64,000 bases of DNA from Leucoraja ocellata. Its lineage: Eukaryota. Numbering within the stretch: the stretch's first letter is position 1; each line of letters begins with the position of its first letter. Positions 13,601 to 25,926 of the stretch are shown here, piece by piece. The stretch is from the NCBI GenBank assembly GCA_036785375.1, contig JAWMAR010000013.1, forward strand, positions 1,550,001 to 1,614,000, in the 5' to 3' direction. The notes beneath the pieces are model-generated. The model saw only the letters and a list, made by a program, of their open reading frames with translations, did not search any database and was not told where the DNA came from. Made by a program: the position numbers and the translations under genes.

Positions 13601-15127
13601 GGGGACAATTAAAATTTTAAAGGCTAAAATCAGTTTTGTCGCTGAGCACATCAAAAACGGGCCAACGAGTTGAGTTAGAGATGTAAGAATCAGAATATCT
13701 GCCGATGCTTAACAGGTCAGGCAGCAACTGTGGATACTTGTTCAAACTGACTGACTTTCACCACTTTCTGTTCTGTACAAATATGTACCAAAACACAACC
13801 TTACTAATTTGCTGTATAATTTCTTTACGCATATCTGCAGTAATTTAGCTGGGTTTTCAGCTATGCAGTAGCTAGGTCAGAACAGCCACCGAGGGCAACC
13901 AGCAAGACAGATTAACTGAAGGACACTTAATGTAAGTTCCTTGAAACCAGCATGAGGGTTATTCCTTGTTTTATGTCAGTATGAGATTTAAAACAGAAGA
14001 ATTGTTTAGGAAGCCAGGTCTACATCGTCTTAGTTGATAAGCAGTGAATTGACAATGGTTTAATCATTAATGTTGGTGTCCCAAGGGTAGGGATTATTTT
14101 CCCTGGAGCAGAGGAGGCTGAGGCGTGACATTGTAGACGTTTATAACCAGCATATGGGAGTCTAAAGGGCATAGGTTTAAGGTGAGATGGGGAGGATTTA
14201 AAGGGGACCTGAGGGGTAAATTTTCACATGGCGTGTGGTGGAAAAAGTTGCCACAGGAGATGGTGGAACCTGGCACAATCACAATATTTAATAGACGTTT
14301 GGACAGATACATGGACAGGTATGATTAAGCAAGATATGGACCAAACGCAGGCAAAGGGGCGATGAGTTGGACAGAAGGGCCTGTTTCCATGCTGTTTTAT
14401 TGTATCACTATGAGAGAGTTCATCCTACCACCCACGCTCTCCATGCTCCACGCACATAAAACAAGGTAGAGAGGTTTGTGTTCATTCACTGTTGTACCCT
14501 CAACTTCCATGTACGGCAGTGATCAGGTTGACACCCCAATTGAATCCAACATACTGGGTAGAGCTGTCAGAGTTCATAGACTCCTTCACTAATCAATCCA
14601 GTAGCAAATGGGATCTCGGGTCCCCATGTGAGTTGTTTAACAGTTATGGATGGAGTTCTCTGAGCCAGGTTTATCACCAAGATCAACGGCCGATCTGTCT
14701 GTCACTGCTCTTATCATAGTTGAATTTATTGCACAGAACACAAAAACAACAAGCAAGAATACTTCCAGTAACACCGGGACCGGCATTGTAGGAGTGCTTC
14801 CTGTGGCTAATTTGTTGTTATTTATTTTTGATGAGAGTGAAACTGTTGTGTTTGAATGTTCCAAATGATGCCTTGGATATATAAACTGGCTGGGTTGAAT
14901 TGTGATATAGGAATGTGTTTGCTGATTAGCAGAGTCAAGAGTGTCCCTGGGCGAAGGGAGAGAGGGAGGCAGAAAAGATGTTCCGCCAAGATTCCCGCTT
15001 ACAGTTGAAGAGTCTTCGACCCTAAATGTTAAACGCTGCTTTTCCTTCCATTGATGGTGTCTAACCCACTGAGTAATTCCAGTGTATTTTGATTTTATCC
15101 CTAATTATGGTTGTGTGTTCATTCCTG

Positions 15128-15130
<3 letters not shown>

Positions 15131-15208
<78 letters not shown>
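15131..15208. repeat. (GT)39 microsatellite
   Basis: Perfect dinucleotide run. Confidence 0.98.
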
Positions 15209-15210
<2 letters not shown>

Positions 15211-16164
15211 CTCAGCGATCATGGCTGTAAACTGTGGCGTTTAGCTGACCTTAGATCTCTTTAATTATTTGGCATCTTTAGTGGCTTGGTGGGGGATGGG
15301 TGGGGATTGGAATCTGGAGTGTTGCTGAGTCTGGCAGTAAACTTTTTTGCTAGATGTGGTTTCCCGTTTTGCATCTGTGTCAGTAACTTGATCAAGCAAA
15401 GTTTTTCTAAACTTGGACCCTTTCCTGGAATGTTAATTAGCACTGCCTGTTAATGCCTGCCTTGTAATCCCACAGATTTTCTTACGTTAGACATTTGATT
15501 TAACACAGCCAGTGGCATTAATTGTCCTTTTACAAATCATGTGAATAAAAACTGACAAGAGCTTGTAAACACTGGAAATGCTTTTTTTCATTGCACACAA
15601 AGTTGTAATGACACCCCTCCCCTCAGAAATGCTGATAGTTGCATTTCCACAATAAATTCAACCATATCAAGTGATCGTTGGCTTGCTCGGCCGAAAGGTC
15701 TGTTTCCTTGCTGAATCTTTCAGTCAATCAATTCAATCTGGGAAGCTGAGCAAAAAATGTTTGTCTTTGCTTGTGTGAATAGATTGTACAATTTTGGATT
15801 CTTCACCTTTTCTAAAATAAAGTGTATGGCTGCTGTGGAGTGAGTGTAGCAGAGTGGTTCCTGGAATAGCAGGTCTGTTACAGGAGGAAAGGCTGAGTAG
15901 GTGAGAGTTCAGGAGAGAACGTGGTGACCCCGTTCATTTAGTTTTAAATGTAGGCAGTATGATTATGATTGCAAATGATACAAAAAATGGCGTGATTGAT
16001 AACATAGAAAAGTAGGTGCAGGAGGAGGCCATTCGGCCGTTCGAGCCGGCACCGCCATTCAATATGATCATGGCTGATCATCCTGAATCAGTGTCCTGTT
16101 TTTGCTTTTTCCCCGTAACCTTTGATTCCGTTAACCCTAAGAGCTATATCCATATCTAACTCTC

Positions 16165-17280
16165 TAAGTGAGGAGCTAGGGCAATATTGATGACGATTAA
16201 ATGGGCAGAGTAATGGCAGATGGAATCTAATGCTGCTAAGTGTAATACTTTGGGCGGACTAATAAGGTTAGGTCATACATAATGAATGGAAGGGCACTTA
16301 GTAATATCAAGGAACAAAGAGACCTTTGTGTGTAAATTCAAGGATCTCTGAAACCGGTCGTACAGGCACAAAGGGCCCAAAGGCCTACTCCAACTTCTTA
16401 AATTCTTATGTTGCCACCATTTAATATATTCACGAATATACTTCCATGGCCTCTGAGCCCATTTTTATTGCCTACAATGGAACTAATGGTGGAGAGGTGA
16501 GTGTATTTGATGACCAATATTTCCCTAGTGGTTTCTACTGGTAACCAATGACAAGGTTCTTTTATTTTAACCCCTTACTCCCCACCCAAGTAAATGTCAA
16601 AGAACTAGATTGGGCCAAATGATCATTGGCTTGTAATAGCCCTAGGTCTAGATTAAAAAGATTTTATCTGATTCCATTCTTATGCCTTCTTTTCCAGAAA
16701 GTGCTTGATAGATAAATTGGTAAAGAGGGCATGCCAGATACTTGCCTTCATTGGCTAGGGCACAGAATATAATAGTAGGGAAGTTACGGTGGAGCTTTCC
16801 ATAACAGCTGGAATATTATGTGCAGTTCCAGTCATCACTGAATAGGAAGGATGTGATTGCACTGGAATGTATGCAGAGGAATTTCACCAGGATGTTGCCA
16901 GAGAAGGAGTTTTTAATTCATGTGGACAGGCTGGGTTTGCTTTTCTTGGAGCGGAGGAAACTGAGAAGGGATCTGATATAAGTGTACAAAATTGAGCGGT
17001 ATAGAGGCTAATGAGTCTGGAACCAGGAACCACAGTCTCGGAATAAGGTGTAGGCCATTTAGAACTGAGATGAGCAATTTCTTCACCCAAATGGTTGTGA
17101 ATGTTTGGAAGTTTCAAAATAAAACTTGATGGGTTTTTGCATATTGAATGAATCAAGGATGGGCAGATAGGGCAGGAAAAATGTGTGGTGGTAGAATGTC
17201 AGCCATGATCTTGATGAACAGTGGAACAGGCACAAAGGGTCAAAGGGCCTACTCCAACTTCTTAAATTCTTATGTTGCCA
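16165..17280 (+). mobile_element. CR1-like LINE 3' part interrupted by a 347-bp templated insertion
   Basis: CR1 ORF2-type sequence before 16362 resumes after 16708. The CR1 3' UTR lies at ~17200-17280. Confidence 0.7.
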
Positions 17281-17572
17281 CCATTTAATATATTCAGGAA
17301 TATACTTCCATGGCCTCTGAGCCCATTTTTATAGCCTACAGTGGAACTAATGGTGGAGAGGTGAGTGTATTTGGTGACCAATATTTCCCTAGTGGTTTCT
17401 ACTGGTAATCAATGACAAGGTTCTTTTATTTTAACCCCTTACTCCCCACCCAAGTAAATGTCAAAGAACTAGATTGGGCCAAATGATCATTGGCTTGTAA
17501 TAGTCCTGGGTCTAGATTAAAAAGATTTTATCTGATTCCATTCTTATGCCTTCTTTTCCAGAAAGTGCTTGA
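16362..17572 (+). repeat. 347-bp direct repeat pair (16362-16708 and 17226-17572), ~97% identical
   Basis: Aligned by eye: about 10 mismatches, offset 864 bp. Confidence 0.93.
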
Positions 17573-17819
17573 ACCATAAAACATAAACCTACAAACTCGA
17601 CTATTTTCATACTTGTTTAATAGTTGAGAGGAACAAACATCCCCCCCCCCCCCCCCCCCAAACAATACATTAGTTTGGAAAGACAGGATCTGGTTCCCTG
17701 CCTTCAAAACATGTCAACGCATCCAGCACTCGGAAAATGTGTTGTAGCTGCTTTTATCCTTGCTGCATCTGTGTGGATCGTCAATTGTTTTCTTATATAG
17801 TCTTCAATTGATTTCACAG

Positions 17820-18233
17820 GTTGAGAAGGAGAAATTACTTGAGCACGAGAACCAGTGCACAGTTGAGCACCTCCGTATGATGCTGCCGCAAATCATGGAG
17901 TTAAAGAATGCAACAGGCGGCTTGCAACCCACGGGTCTGCAGCAGGGCAGTGTGAAAGTAAACCAGCTGCTGACTTCAGTTCGACAAATAGAAGAATCAA
18001 TTAGGCCTTTCTACTCTCTCGGTCAGCAGGCCGCCTCCTCTGAGATGTTGGGGAAATCCGAAAAGCTAGACAACGTCGAAAAGCGGTGCGAAGCTCTCAA
18101 ACACCAAGCTGAAACGTTTGAAAATATTGTTTGTGTTCTCAACCGTGAAGTGGAGAGAGCCTCTGTAAGCATGGCAGCGTATGAGCAGCAACACAAACTA
18201 GACCAGGAGAAGATTGAAGACCTGCTGGCAAAG
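17820..18233 (+). CDS. TRAF2: TRAF2 coding exon (end of zinc finger 5, linker, coiled coil with the cIAP-binding segment)
   Basis: atttcacag|GTT...AAG|gtatgt, 414 bp. Contains TFENIVCVLNREVER, the TRAF2 coiled-coil signature. Confidence 0.96.
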
Positions 18234-18768
18234 GTATGTGGAAAGAGGACAGTGAACATCTTGAGGCCCACCCAGGTGGTCACCCCCTCTGCTGGGTCAG
18301 TGTCAGTCAAACACTGCCCAGTGGCTCAAACAAGATGCATTATTTCTGCATGCAGCGAGGCACCCTGTGCCAGCAGCTATTCAATAGTTAAACTTTGGCA
18401 TTGAGAAGGTGATGAATAAGATGAAGCCATCTCTGTGGAATTTCTGGCTGACCTCTGCATTGGTTGGGGACATTGCACTGGAATTCAGGGTATGGCTCCA
18501 CGATCCTTCCCACTCTCGAGCAGATTAATGTGTAAATGAGCATATAATCATTCCTCAAGTGGAATGCACTTGCTGGGAATTTAGGAGCCGAGTGATTAAA
18601 TAATTATGGGAGAATGCCAGTTGGGCTTCTGATATGATTGATGCAAAGTTGCAAGGTCACCATCTGGAGCTCTACCTGCAAATTAAAACGTTCCCATTCA
18701 CCAACCAGTCTGTTTTTTCCGGTCTCGTGAATTGCCTTCTTGTTTTCACTCTTCAAACCCGTTCTCAG

Positions 18769-18946
18769 GTGCGTCAGATGGACCGTGTGTCAGCACTGAA
18801 GGACCTGGCGATAGCAGAGCTGGAGGTGAAGCTGCAAGCCCTCGAGTTCAGCACCCACAACGGCGTCTTCATTTGGAAGATAGGAGATTTCAGCAGAAGG
18901 CGACAGGATGCCAAATCCCAGAGGTCACCGGCCATATTCTCACCAG
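18769..18946 (+). CDS. TRAF2: TRAF2 coding exon (end of TRAF-N, start of MATH)
   Basis: gttctcag|GTG...CCA G|gttggc, 178 bp, phase 0-1. VRQMDRVSALKDLAIAELEVKLQALEFSTHNGVFIWKIGDFSRRRQDAKSQRSPAIFSP. Confidence 0.97.
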
Positions 18947-20704
18947 GTTGGCCCTGAATTATTGATTATGATTTTAGGGAATATTTAAATTTAGCCTAAT
19001 ATTGCCCATGATGAAATGACGGAAAGTGCAAGCACTGAATGAACGCAGCTGGGCCTCATTGTCTGAATTATCTGAGGGCATCTGCAGCCAGAAAATGAAA
19101 CTATTACCAGTAGACAGTCATTTCTGTCAACTGCCTGGCAGTGGCAATGAATCTGTCACCACTGTGCTTTGTCCCTCTGCTCTCTTGCTTCCCACTGAGC
19201 CCATCTCCCTGCTCTCTGACTTCCCACTGAGCCCTGTCCCACCGCTTACTGGCATCACACTGTGCCTTGTCCCTCTACTCACTCACTTCCCACTGGGTGC
19301 TGACATTCTTTGACTCCCAACTACTCTCTGGGTATCGGCGCTCAAGTGTTCAAGTCCCTTTCTCCATATGTGGCAATCTCTGAACAGCTGCAGTTACTGG
19401 TTGACAGAAGATAAAGTCCTATCACTGACTGCCAGGGAGCCTGAAACTGGAACTGTCCTCACAAAGAGGCCCACCTACCAACTTATCCATGTCAGTGGTT
19501 GTGGGACCTGTTTTGTTTATCCACTTTTTTTTTTAATATACTACCAATATTTATCATTTTGGAAACATTTTTCTCAATGTTGATTCCTGTATCAGGTGCT
19601 CTCCTTCAAAGATAGAAGCTAATTATTCATTTTGATCTCTCCTTCTCTTATAGCCTCTGCATAGTGTACAGTTTTGACCTCTAATATTTCCCATCACAAA
19701 TTTATTGAAAAAGGTTTTGATATTTTATTTTATTTTAACGACAAGGATATTTTTATGCTTCCAGTTTGACTTGTATTTCATTTTTAAATTCACTTTCCAT
19801 TCTCCTGGGGCTTTCCCCAGTGTCGTACTTGCAGTGTTAGTCATCAACTTTCCTTTGAGAACATAGAATTGGTCAAGTAACACTTTTATACATGTCGCTT
19901 TTCCTTTCATTGGCGCAATGTTTGCAAATTCCCATTTTCTTTCTTTGGGAATAATTTGGTCTGAACCTTGAGACTGATCTGAATGGTGACTGTTAAGTGA
20001 GTTTGTGTGTGTGTGGAATAAAATGAGGTGCAGGTTCAGATGGGACCAGCAAGTGCACAGTGTTACAGCGGGATGGAGAGGAAAGGAATATGCATCAGAA
20101 CAGGTAAATCACAGAGTTGGAAAGGACAGGTTAAATCCTTGGAGAATTGGCCTAACATTAGAGACAGAAAGCACAGAAACACTCCTTAAGTGCACCAGGT
20201 TCACACTGACCATCATGCACCCATTTCATACTTATCTTAACCTAACCCATTTTATTCTCCCCCTCATTCCCATCAATGACCCAAATTCTCACATTCTACC
20301 ACTCGTCAACCCGAGTATGGTCAATTTAATGCACCTAATTAAACTACAACCTGGCGCTCTTTGAGATGTAGGAGGAAGGTGAAGCACTTGCATGGGCACA
20401 ATAAAATGCAGACAGGAGGTGAGGATTGAACTTGGGCCTGTGGAGCTGTGAGAAAGCCGATTGTCCTGCCTCTTAACGGGGGGGGAGGGAGGGAGACCCA
20501 TGACTGGGGGGGAGGGAAGTGTTCCTTCTCACTGCCAATTGTGCCATCTGCCACCTTCATTGTCTGTCTGTCAGTCCTCTGCTACTTACTGTTGCTCATC
20601 AGTCGTCCTCATCTCACAGCCAGTACAATTTTGTCCTGACTGCTCGGCATTGTCCCTGCCCGTTGCCACTGTCCAGCTCTAACACTTCCTTTTTAATTGT
20701 TCAG

Positions 20705-20853
20705 CTTTCTACACCAGTAAGTACGGATACAAGATGTGCATGCGTATCTACCTGCACGGTGACGGCGTGGGTCGTAGCACCCACCTGTCCCTCTTCTTTG
20801 TCATTATGAAGGGAAACTTCGACGGATTGCTCAGATGGCCATTCAAACAAAAG
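20705..20853 (+). CDS. TRAF2: TRAF2 coding exon (MATH/TRAF-C)
   Basis: ttgttcag|CT TTC...AAG|gtaggt, 149 bp, phase 1-0. AFYTSKYGYKMCMRIYLHGDGVGRSTHLSLFFVIMKGNFDGLLRWPFKQK. Confidence 0.97.
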
Positions 20854-21234
20854 GTAGGTTTGCATTCTCGTGGCCAACACATTAAGGAGCCCTGTTGGCA
20901 GTTAATGAAGCTCAGGCATACACAGGCCCATGGGGGGAGGGAGGGGGTTTGAATGCATTGAGCAAGTCTGACGCAAACACATTGGCAGCTTTGTCGGTAG
21001 TTCTCAGGAGCCTGCTGGTGAGGCAGAGGAGGAACAGACAACGAGTGAAGGAGGATGGGGAGTGTCGGTCAGGTGGAACCAGTTACTCAGGGAAGCAGTG
21101 GGAGAGACCCATGACTGGGTGGGGGTGGGGGGTCCCTGATAGCAGAGATGTGCCAGCTGTTCTATAGGTAGAGTTCTGTGAGGTGTCCTGGGCATCATCC
21201 CTTAATTTGAGATTGTCTGGGAACTACTCATTGT

Positions 21235-21575
21235 TTCCTCATTGAAACGTACAAAATAGTGAAAGACTTGGATAGCGTGGATGTGGAGAGGATATTTCCA
21301 AAGTGGGAGAATCTAGGACTAGAAGTCATAGCCTCAGAATTAAAGAACTTTCTGTTAGGAAGGAGATGAGGAGGAATTTTTTTAGTCGGAGGGTGATGAA
21401 TCTGTGGAATTCTTTGCCACAGAAGGCTGTGGAGGCCAAGTCAGTGGATATATTTAAAGCAGAGTTAGATACATTCTTGATTTGTATGGGTGCCAGAGGT
21501 AATGGGGAGATAGATGAGCCATGATTCAATGGCGTAGACTTGATGGGCCGAACGGCCTAATTCTGCTCCTGTCAC
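21235..21575 (+). mobile_element. CR1 LINE 3' fragment
   Basis: ORF GESRTRSHSLRIK...RRNFFSRRVMNLWNSLP is the CR1 ORF2 C-terminal motif. Confidence 0.85.
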
Positions 21576-21718
21576 TTATGATGTTGCTGTGTACAGCCTG
21601 CCCTGATTCCTACATTGGAACAGCAGCTGCTCGGAGGAGCAGGCCTCATATGCATGGCATGCTGTAGAATGGTCTGCAGATGGTTTGTAAATGCCAGCTT
21701 GTTCCTGCTTGCCCACAG

Positions 21719-21937
21719 GTGACACTCATGCTGCTGGACCAGACCAATCGTGAGCACATCATTGATGCATTCCGACCGGACGTCACCTCATCCTCTTTCC
21801 AGAGACCAGTCAATGAGATGAACATCGCCAGTGGGTGCCCTCTCTTCTGTTCACTCAGCAAACTGGACAGCAATAATAATTATTTGGTTGATGACAGCAT
21901 TTTCATCAAGGCTATTGTGGATTTAACAGACCTGTAA
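21719..21937 (+). CDS. TRAF2: TRAF2 last coding exon
   Basis: gcccacag|GTG...CTG TAA. VTLMLLDQTNREHIIDAFRPDVTSSSFQRPVNEMNIASGCPLF...FIKAIVDLTDL*. Confidence 0.98.
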   Translation: MTLMLLDQTNREHIIDAFRPDVTSSSFQRPVNEMNIASGCPLFCSLSKLDSNNNYLVDDSIFIKAIVDLTDL

Positions 21938-22337
21938 CAAACCTTTATCACCTACAGCAGGGCCAAAGATCTCAAGCTGTCCGCCTTGCTATATCGTTGT
22001 ATTGAGGGGGGGGGATTACTCAGTCAACATGATTGCACCAGAAATACAAGCACACTGGTCCCACTGCCACTCAGATATGTGCTGGACTGAGAGCTGGTCA
22101 GTAAGAAGCCCACTGCAGTCTCCTTTCCTTTTCCAGTCTACCTGCAATCAGTGGATGATGTGCTGCTTGTTGCTAAACGCAGAGTGGTAGCAGGAGGAAC
22201 ATCTGGCTGGTCTTTCCCCCATAGGCCGTTTTTGTAAGCGGAATGGGCAGTTAAAGATGAGGTACAGTGGATGTATCTTGTCTCTATCTTTCCCCTTTTC
22301 TCTCGTGGAAGAGTCGAAACCAGTGTATTCTAAAGTG

Positions 22338-22628
22338 ATAGACACAAAATATTGGAGTAACTCAGCGGGTCAGGCAGCATCTCTGGAAAAATGGGTGACG
22401 ATTTGGGTCGTGATCCTTCAGACTGAATCGGGGAGATATACAGAGATAAGGGTGCGAAAACCAGCTGGGATGAAGATTAAGGACAATGTAGAATAGATCA
22501 TTGTTTGCTAGAAGTTAACAACGATAAAATGTAAACGAGGACAGTCAGACTAGTTAGAGAAATGGGAAGGGGGGAAGGATGGAGAGAGAGGGAAAGTTAC
22601 TTGAAGTTAGAGAAGTCAATATTCATTG
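22338..22628 (-). mobile_element. Penelope-like element 3' fragment in the TRAF2 3' region
   Basis: gacacaaaatattggagtaactcagcgggtcaggcagcatc arm plus the ORF end (MNIDFSNFK* on -). Confidence 0.7.
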
Positions 22629-24223
22629 AAGTATGAACAGGGGGAATCTGGGTTGCAGGTGTCAGATGTGTTATTGTAGGTGTGGTGGGGGCAAGATACA
22701 GCTGTCGTGTGCCTATTTTGTGGGGGTAAAAGTCACTGAGATGATGAAAGTCTCCCATTAACATGCCATATGAACATTATATTGCTTCTATTCAGGAAGG
22801 GAGACTGGGAGCGTGCTGCACACTTGACCCAATCTTGGAGAACTCTCAATGTCAGCAATGTTCATCTCGATTCACTCGGGTGTCATCTCCACCAAGCCAA
22901 TTATTGTTAGATGCAAGAGTGCCCGAATACCTCTTCCTACTGCCTGGCTGTTTTTTGATGAAGGCATGTTATTTCAAGGAAGTGTGAGGGAGGGTGAGGA
23001 AGAAAATGCAGAAACTCAAAAGATGCTAGTCCTTACCAACCGTCCTTGGCTTGGACCTCATCCTGGGAATGAAAAGTTTGAATCAGCAGTTTTCAGGGTT
23101 TCTGAAACTAGAAATTTAAAAACTGCAGATGCTGGAAATCTGGAATTAAAAAAAGCAGAAAATGTTGGAAAAAACTCAGCAGATCTACAGAAAGAGAAAC
23201 GGTCAATATTTCATTAACTGATGAAGAGGTTGGCCTGAAAAGACTTTCCACTGATTCTGCCTCACCTGCTGAGTTTTACTAAAATGTTCTGTATTTGCTT
23301 CAGATTATGGAGTGCTTTGATCGAGTTTATTTACTCTTAATATAATATTAACTATAGTCCATAATTTTATGGAAAATATATAATTTTAGTAATGTATTTT
23401 TCCAGGTTGTTTTCAAGATTGGAAGCACGTGTAGGCCTTGAAGTAGCTGGAAGTTAATGGAGCTGGGGGACTCTTTTGAGGATTCAGTCTCCATCTCTAT
23501 CTACCACACCTGGGTGGGCCATGGTTATAGTAGGGAAGAATTCCAACTGGGTAAGACTGCAGTGGGAGAGATTGACAATGCCCAGGGCTGAAAGGAAGGT
23601 TTGGGATGCCCTGTTTTGGCTTCGTTTTTATCTGGAATGTACTTGTGGAAAATACATATCATTCATGTTGTTAACCCCCATCTGTTACCCTGTGGATACA
23701 TAGAGGGTATTTGCAGTGAGACGTGAAAGATTGATATGGACAGATAATTATTTAATCACAATTCAGAGATACTCCTGGCTGTGGTATCCATGGTGTACCC
23801 ATTCCCTATACCCTGCGAATAACACATTAACTCTCACTGCCTCACAAGAGAATGACTAATTTGGCCACGTGACATGGACCAGCACCTATCACAAACTAGG
23901 ATCTGGAATGAGAAAGAATGGATTGGGAAGAAGCTCCAGTTAATTGAGGCTAATATCCCTAAGGTAGGGTATTTCCCAGTGGTGACATTGTGTGAAGAGG
24001 AGGGCCCTGTCTTTGTGCTTATCCTATTGTGAAACTGTTTATATAATTGAGCTGGCTTCTAGCCAAGGGCAGGCAGTTATGCCATTGACTTGAGTGTTTG
24101 ATTTGCCATCACGTTAATTCTGTTTGGGGACCAGCCTTTTTCATTGTGGGCAATATTATGTTTAGTACACTCCACCCTGCCTGACATTTAGAATATTTAT
24201 AGTGCTCTGGTTTTTTATGTTAT

Positions 24224-24525
24224 TTAGTTTAGTTTAGAGATACAGCGCGGAAACAGACCCTTCAACCCACCAAGTCCACGCTGACCAGCGACCCCCGCAC
24301 ATTAGCACTATCCTACACGCACTATTTACATTTTTACCAAGCCAATTAGCCTACAAACCTGTACATCTTTGGAATGTGGGAGGAAACCGGACCTTCCGAA
24401 GAAGACCCATGCAGGTCACAAGGATAACATACAAACTCCATACAGACAGCACGCTTAGTCAAGATTGAACCCGGGTCTCTGCCGCTGTAAGGCAGCAACT
24501 TTACTGCTGTGCCACCATGCCGTCC
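24224..24525 (-). mobile_element. Full-length tRNA-derived V-type SINE
   Basis: On -: A box TGGCACAGCAG, B box GGTTCAATC, V-type core, CR1-like 3' part and a (CTAAA)n tail. Confidence 0.8.
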
Positions 24526-24886
24526 ATGTTTTTATGGAATTGAGGGAAGTCAAGACTCTGAGCATGGTGGATGTTTGTGGAAAACATTGCACCTGTTGCT
24601 GATGGTTGGTGGAATTATTGGAGGGCGGAGCAGATATTTCATTGGGTTTAAACAGGAAATGCTGGAAACACCTGACAGATGATGCAAGATCCATCGAGCA
24701 CCCAAGCGCTCTCTGCTCTCACGCCAGATCTACACGTGGTTAGGAGCTCGGTGTTGAGTTCCCCGCGATCGTCTCAGTCAGATGAGATACTACATATTGA
24801 ATTTGCATCGTTTTATTGGATCAGATTAATTTACCTTGTTCTGAAGCAGAGTTGTCAACCCAACCACTAACCCCATCTCTTTCTCA

Positions 24887-24918
<32 letters not shown>

Positions 24919-25281
24919 TACACATATATTACCTGACCTACTGAGTGTTGCCAGCATTTTTTGTTTTTATTTCAGATTTCCAGAATCTGCAGGTTCTTTG
25001 CTTTTCAATATGTCCAGGTGTCTGCTGTGCTCTGATATCTGTTCATTGTGTGGCTTTCATACAATGGGTCTTGTATACAAATAATTGGAGGAAGGATATG
25101 TCAATATAGATCTGTCAGCTGTGAATTCAACAGCAAGGATATAATTTAATGCAACTCCGTGAAGGAGTGATATAATGAAATATTTGTGTGTTTTTTTTGT
25201 AATTGTACTACCCAGAAGAGGCAGCTGCCTGAGGAGAAAGACTGGGTTAATAATTGCTGTTGCTCAATGAATACAATTAGT

Positions 25282-25287
25282 AATAAA
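25282..25287 (+). terminator. Candidate TRAF2 polyadenylation signal
   Basis: AATAAA in an AU-rich, repeat-poor block (25140-25400) downstream of the stop. It would imply a ~3.3 kb 3' UTR. Not verified. Confidence 0.35.
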
Positions 25288-25926
25288 GCATCATGTTTAC
25301 AAATGTATTCCACCATTGAAGTGAAGGTGCTGTCCTGTAAAGAATGGGCCACACTGGCAGCAGTGTATAATGTGAACTCTATCAATGCCATTATAAAAAC
25401 ATCAGTTTGAGGATAGTGCTTTTCTGCATCGGTTCGTTGATGGGGTCAGATCCCTGATGGTCTGCGAATTCAGTCAACTGACATGGAAAGCATTGGTAGA
25501 AATTGGCTAAGTCCACAGAGCTGGCTTGATGAATTCCATACACAACGCACCCCTATGTAACATTCATGTCACAGATAAATCCTTTTAAGGAAGTTTGGCG
25601 TGGACTTTTCTCAGCTACAACTATTCTCAAGTTGAGGATGGAAAACATGTAGGAATGGAGCTCATCTCAGTGATTGATGTGACTTATTAATGCCATATGA
25701 ATCATATTCCATGATCCAGTGAAAAGCACCAGAATCTACTCTGTGCTCATGCTATTTAGACACACAGCAGCATCAACACTGCTGCACCTACCCCTAGCCA
25801 ATAAAATGCACAGCAGCATAAACCTCCCAATGCACACCGAGTCTTCAAATTCACTTTTCGTCTATACTTCAGAAGATGGTGAATGATTTTGGACATTTGA
25901 GCATTGAATGCTTTGGTAGCTACATA

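Noticed and set aside
15082-15264. CVCVCV-repeat ORF
   Set aside because: It is only the translation of the (GT)39 microsatellite.
23218-23245. Active hammerhead ribozyme in the TRAF2 3' UTR
   Set aside because: CUGAUGA and GAAA are present, but the following ACGU/NUH cleavage segment is missing, so it is unlikely to cleave.
24440-24525. tRNA gene suggested by A and B boxes (also near 28900 and 11065)
   Set aside because: These are tRNA-derived SINE heads running into a SINE core, and I see no cloverleaf.
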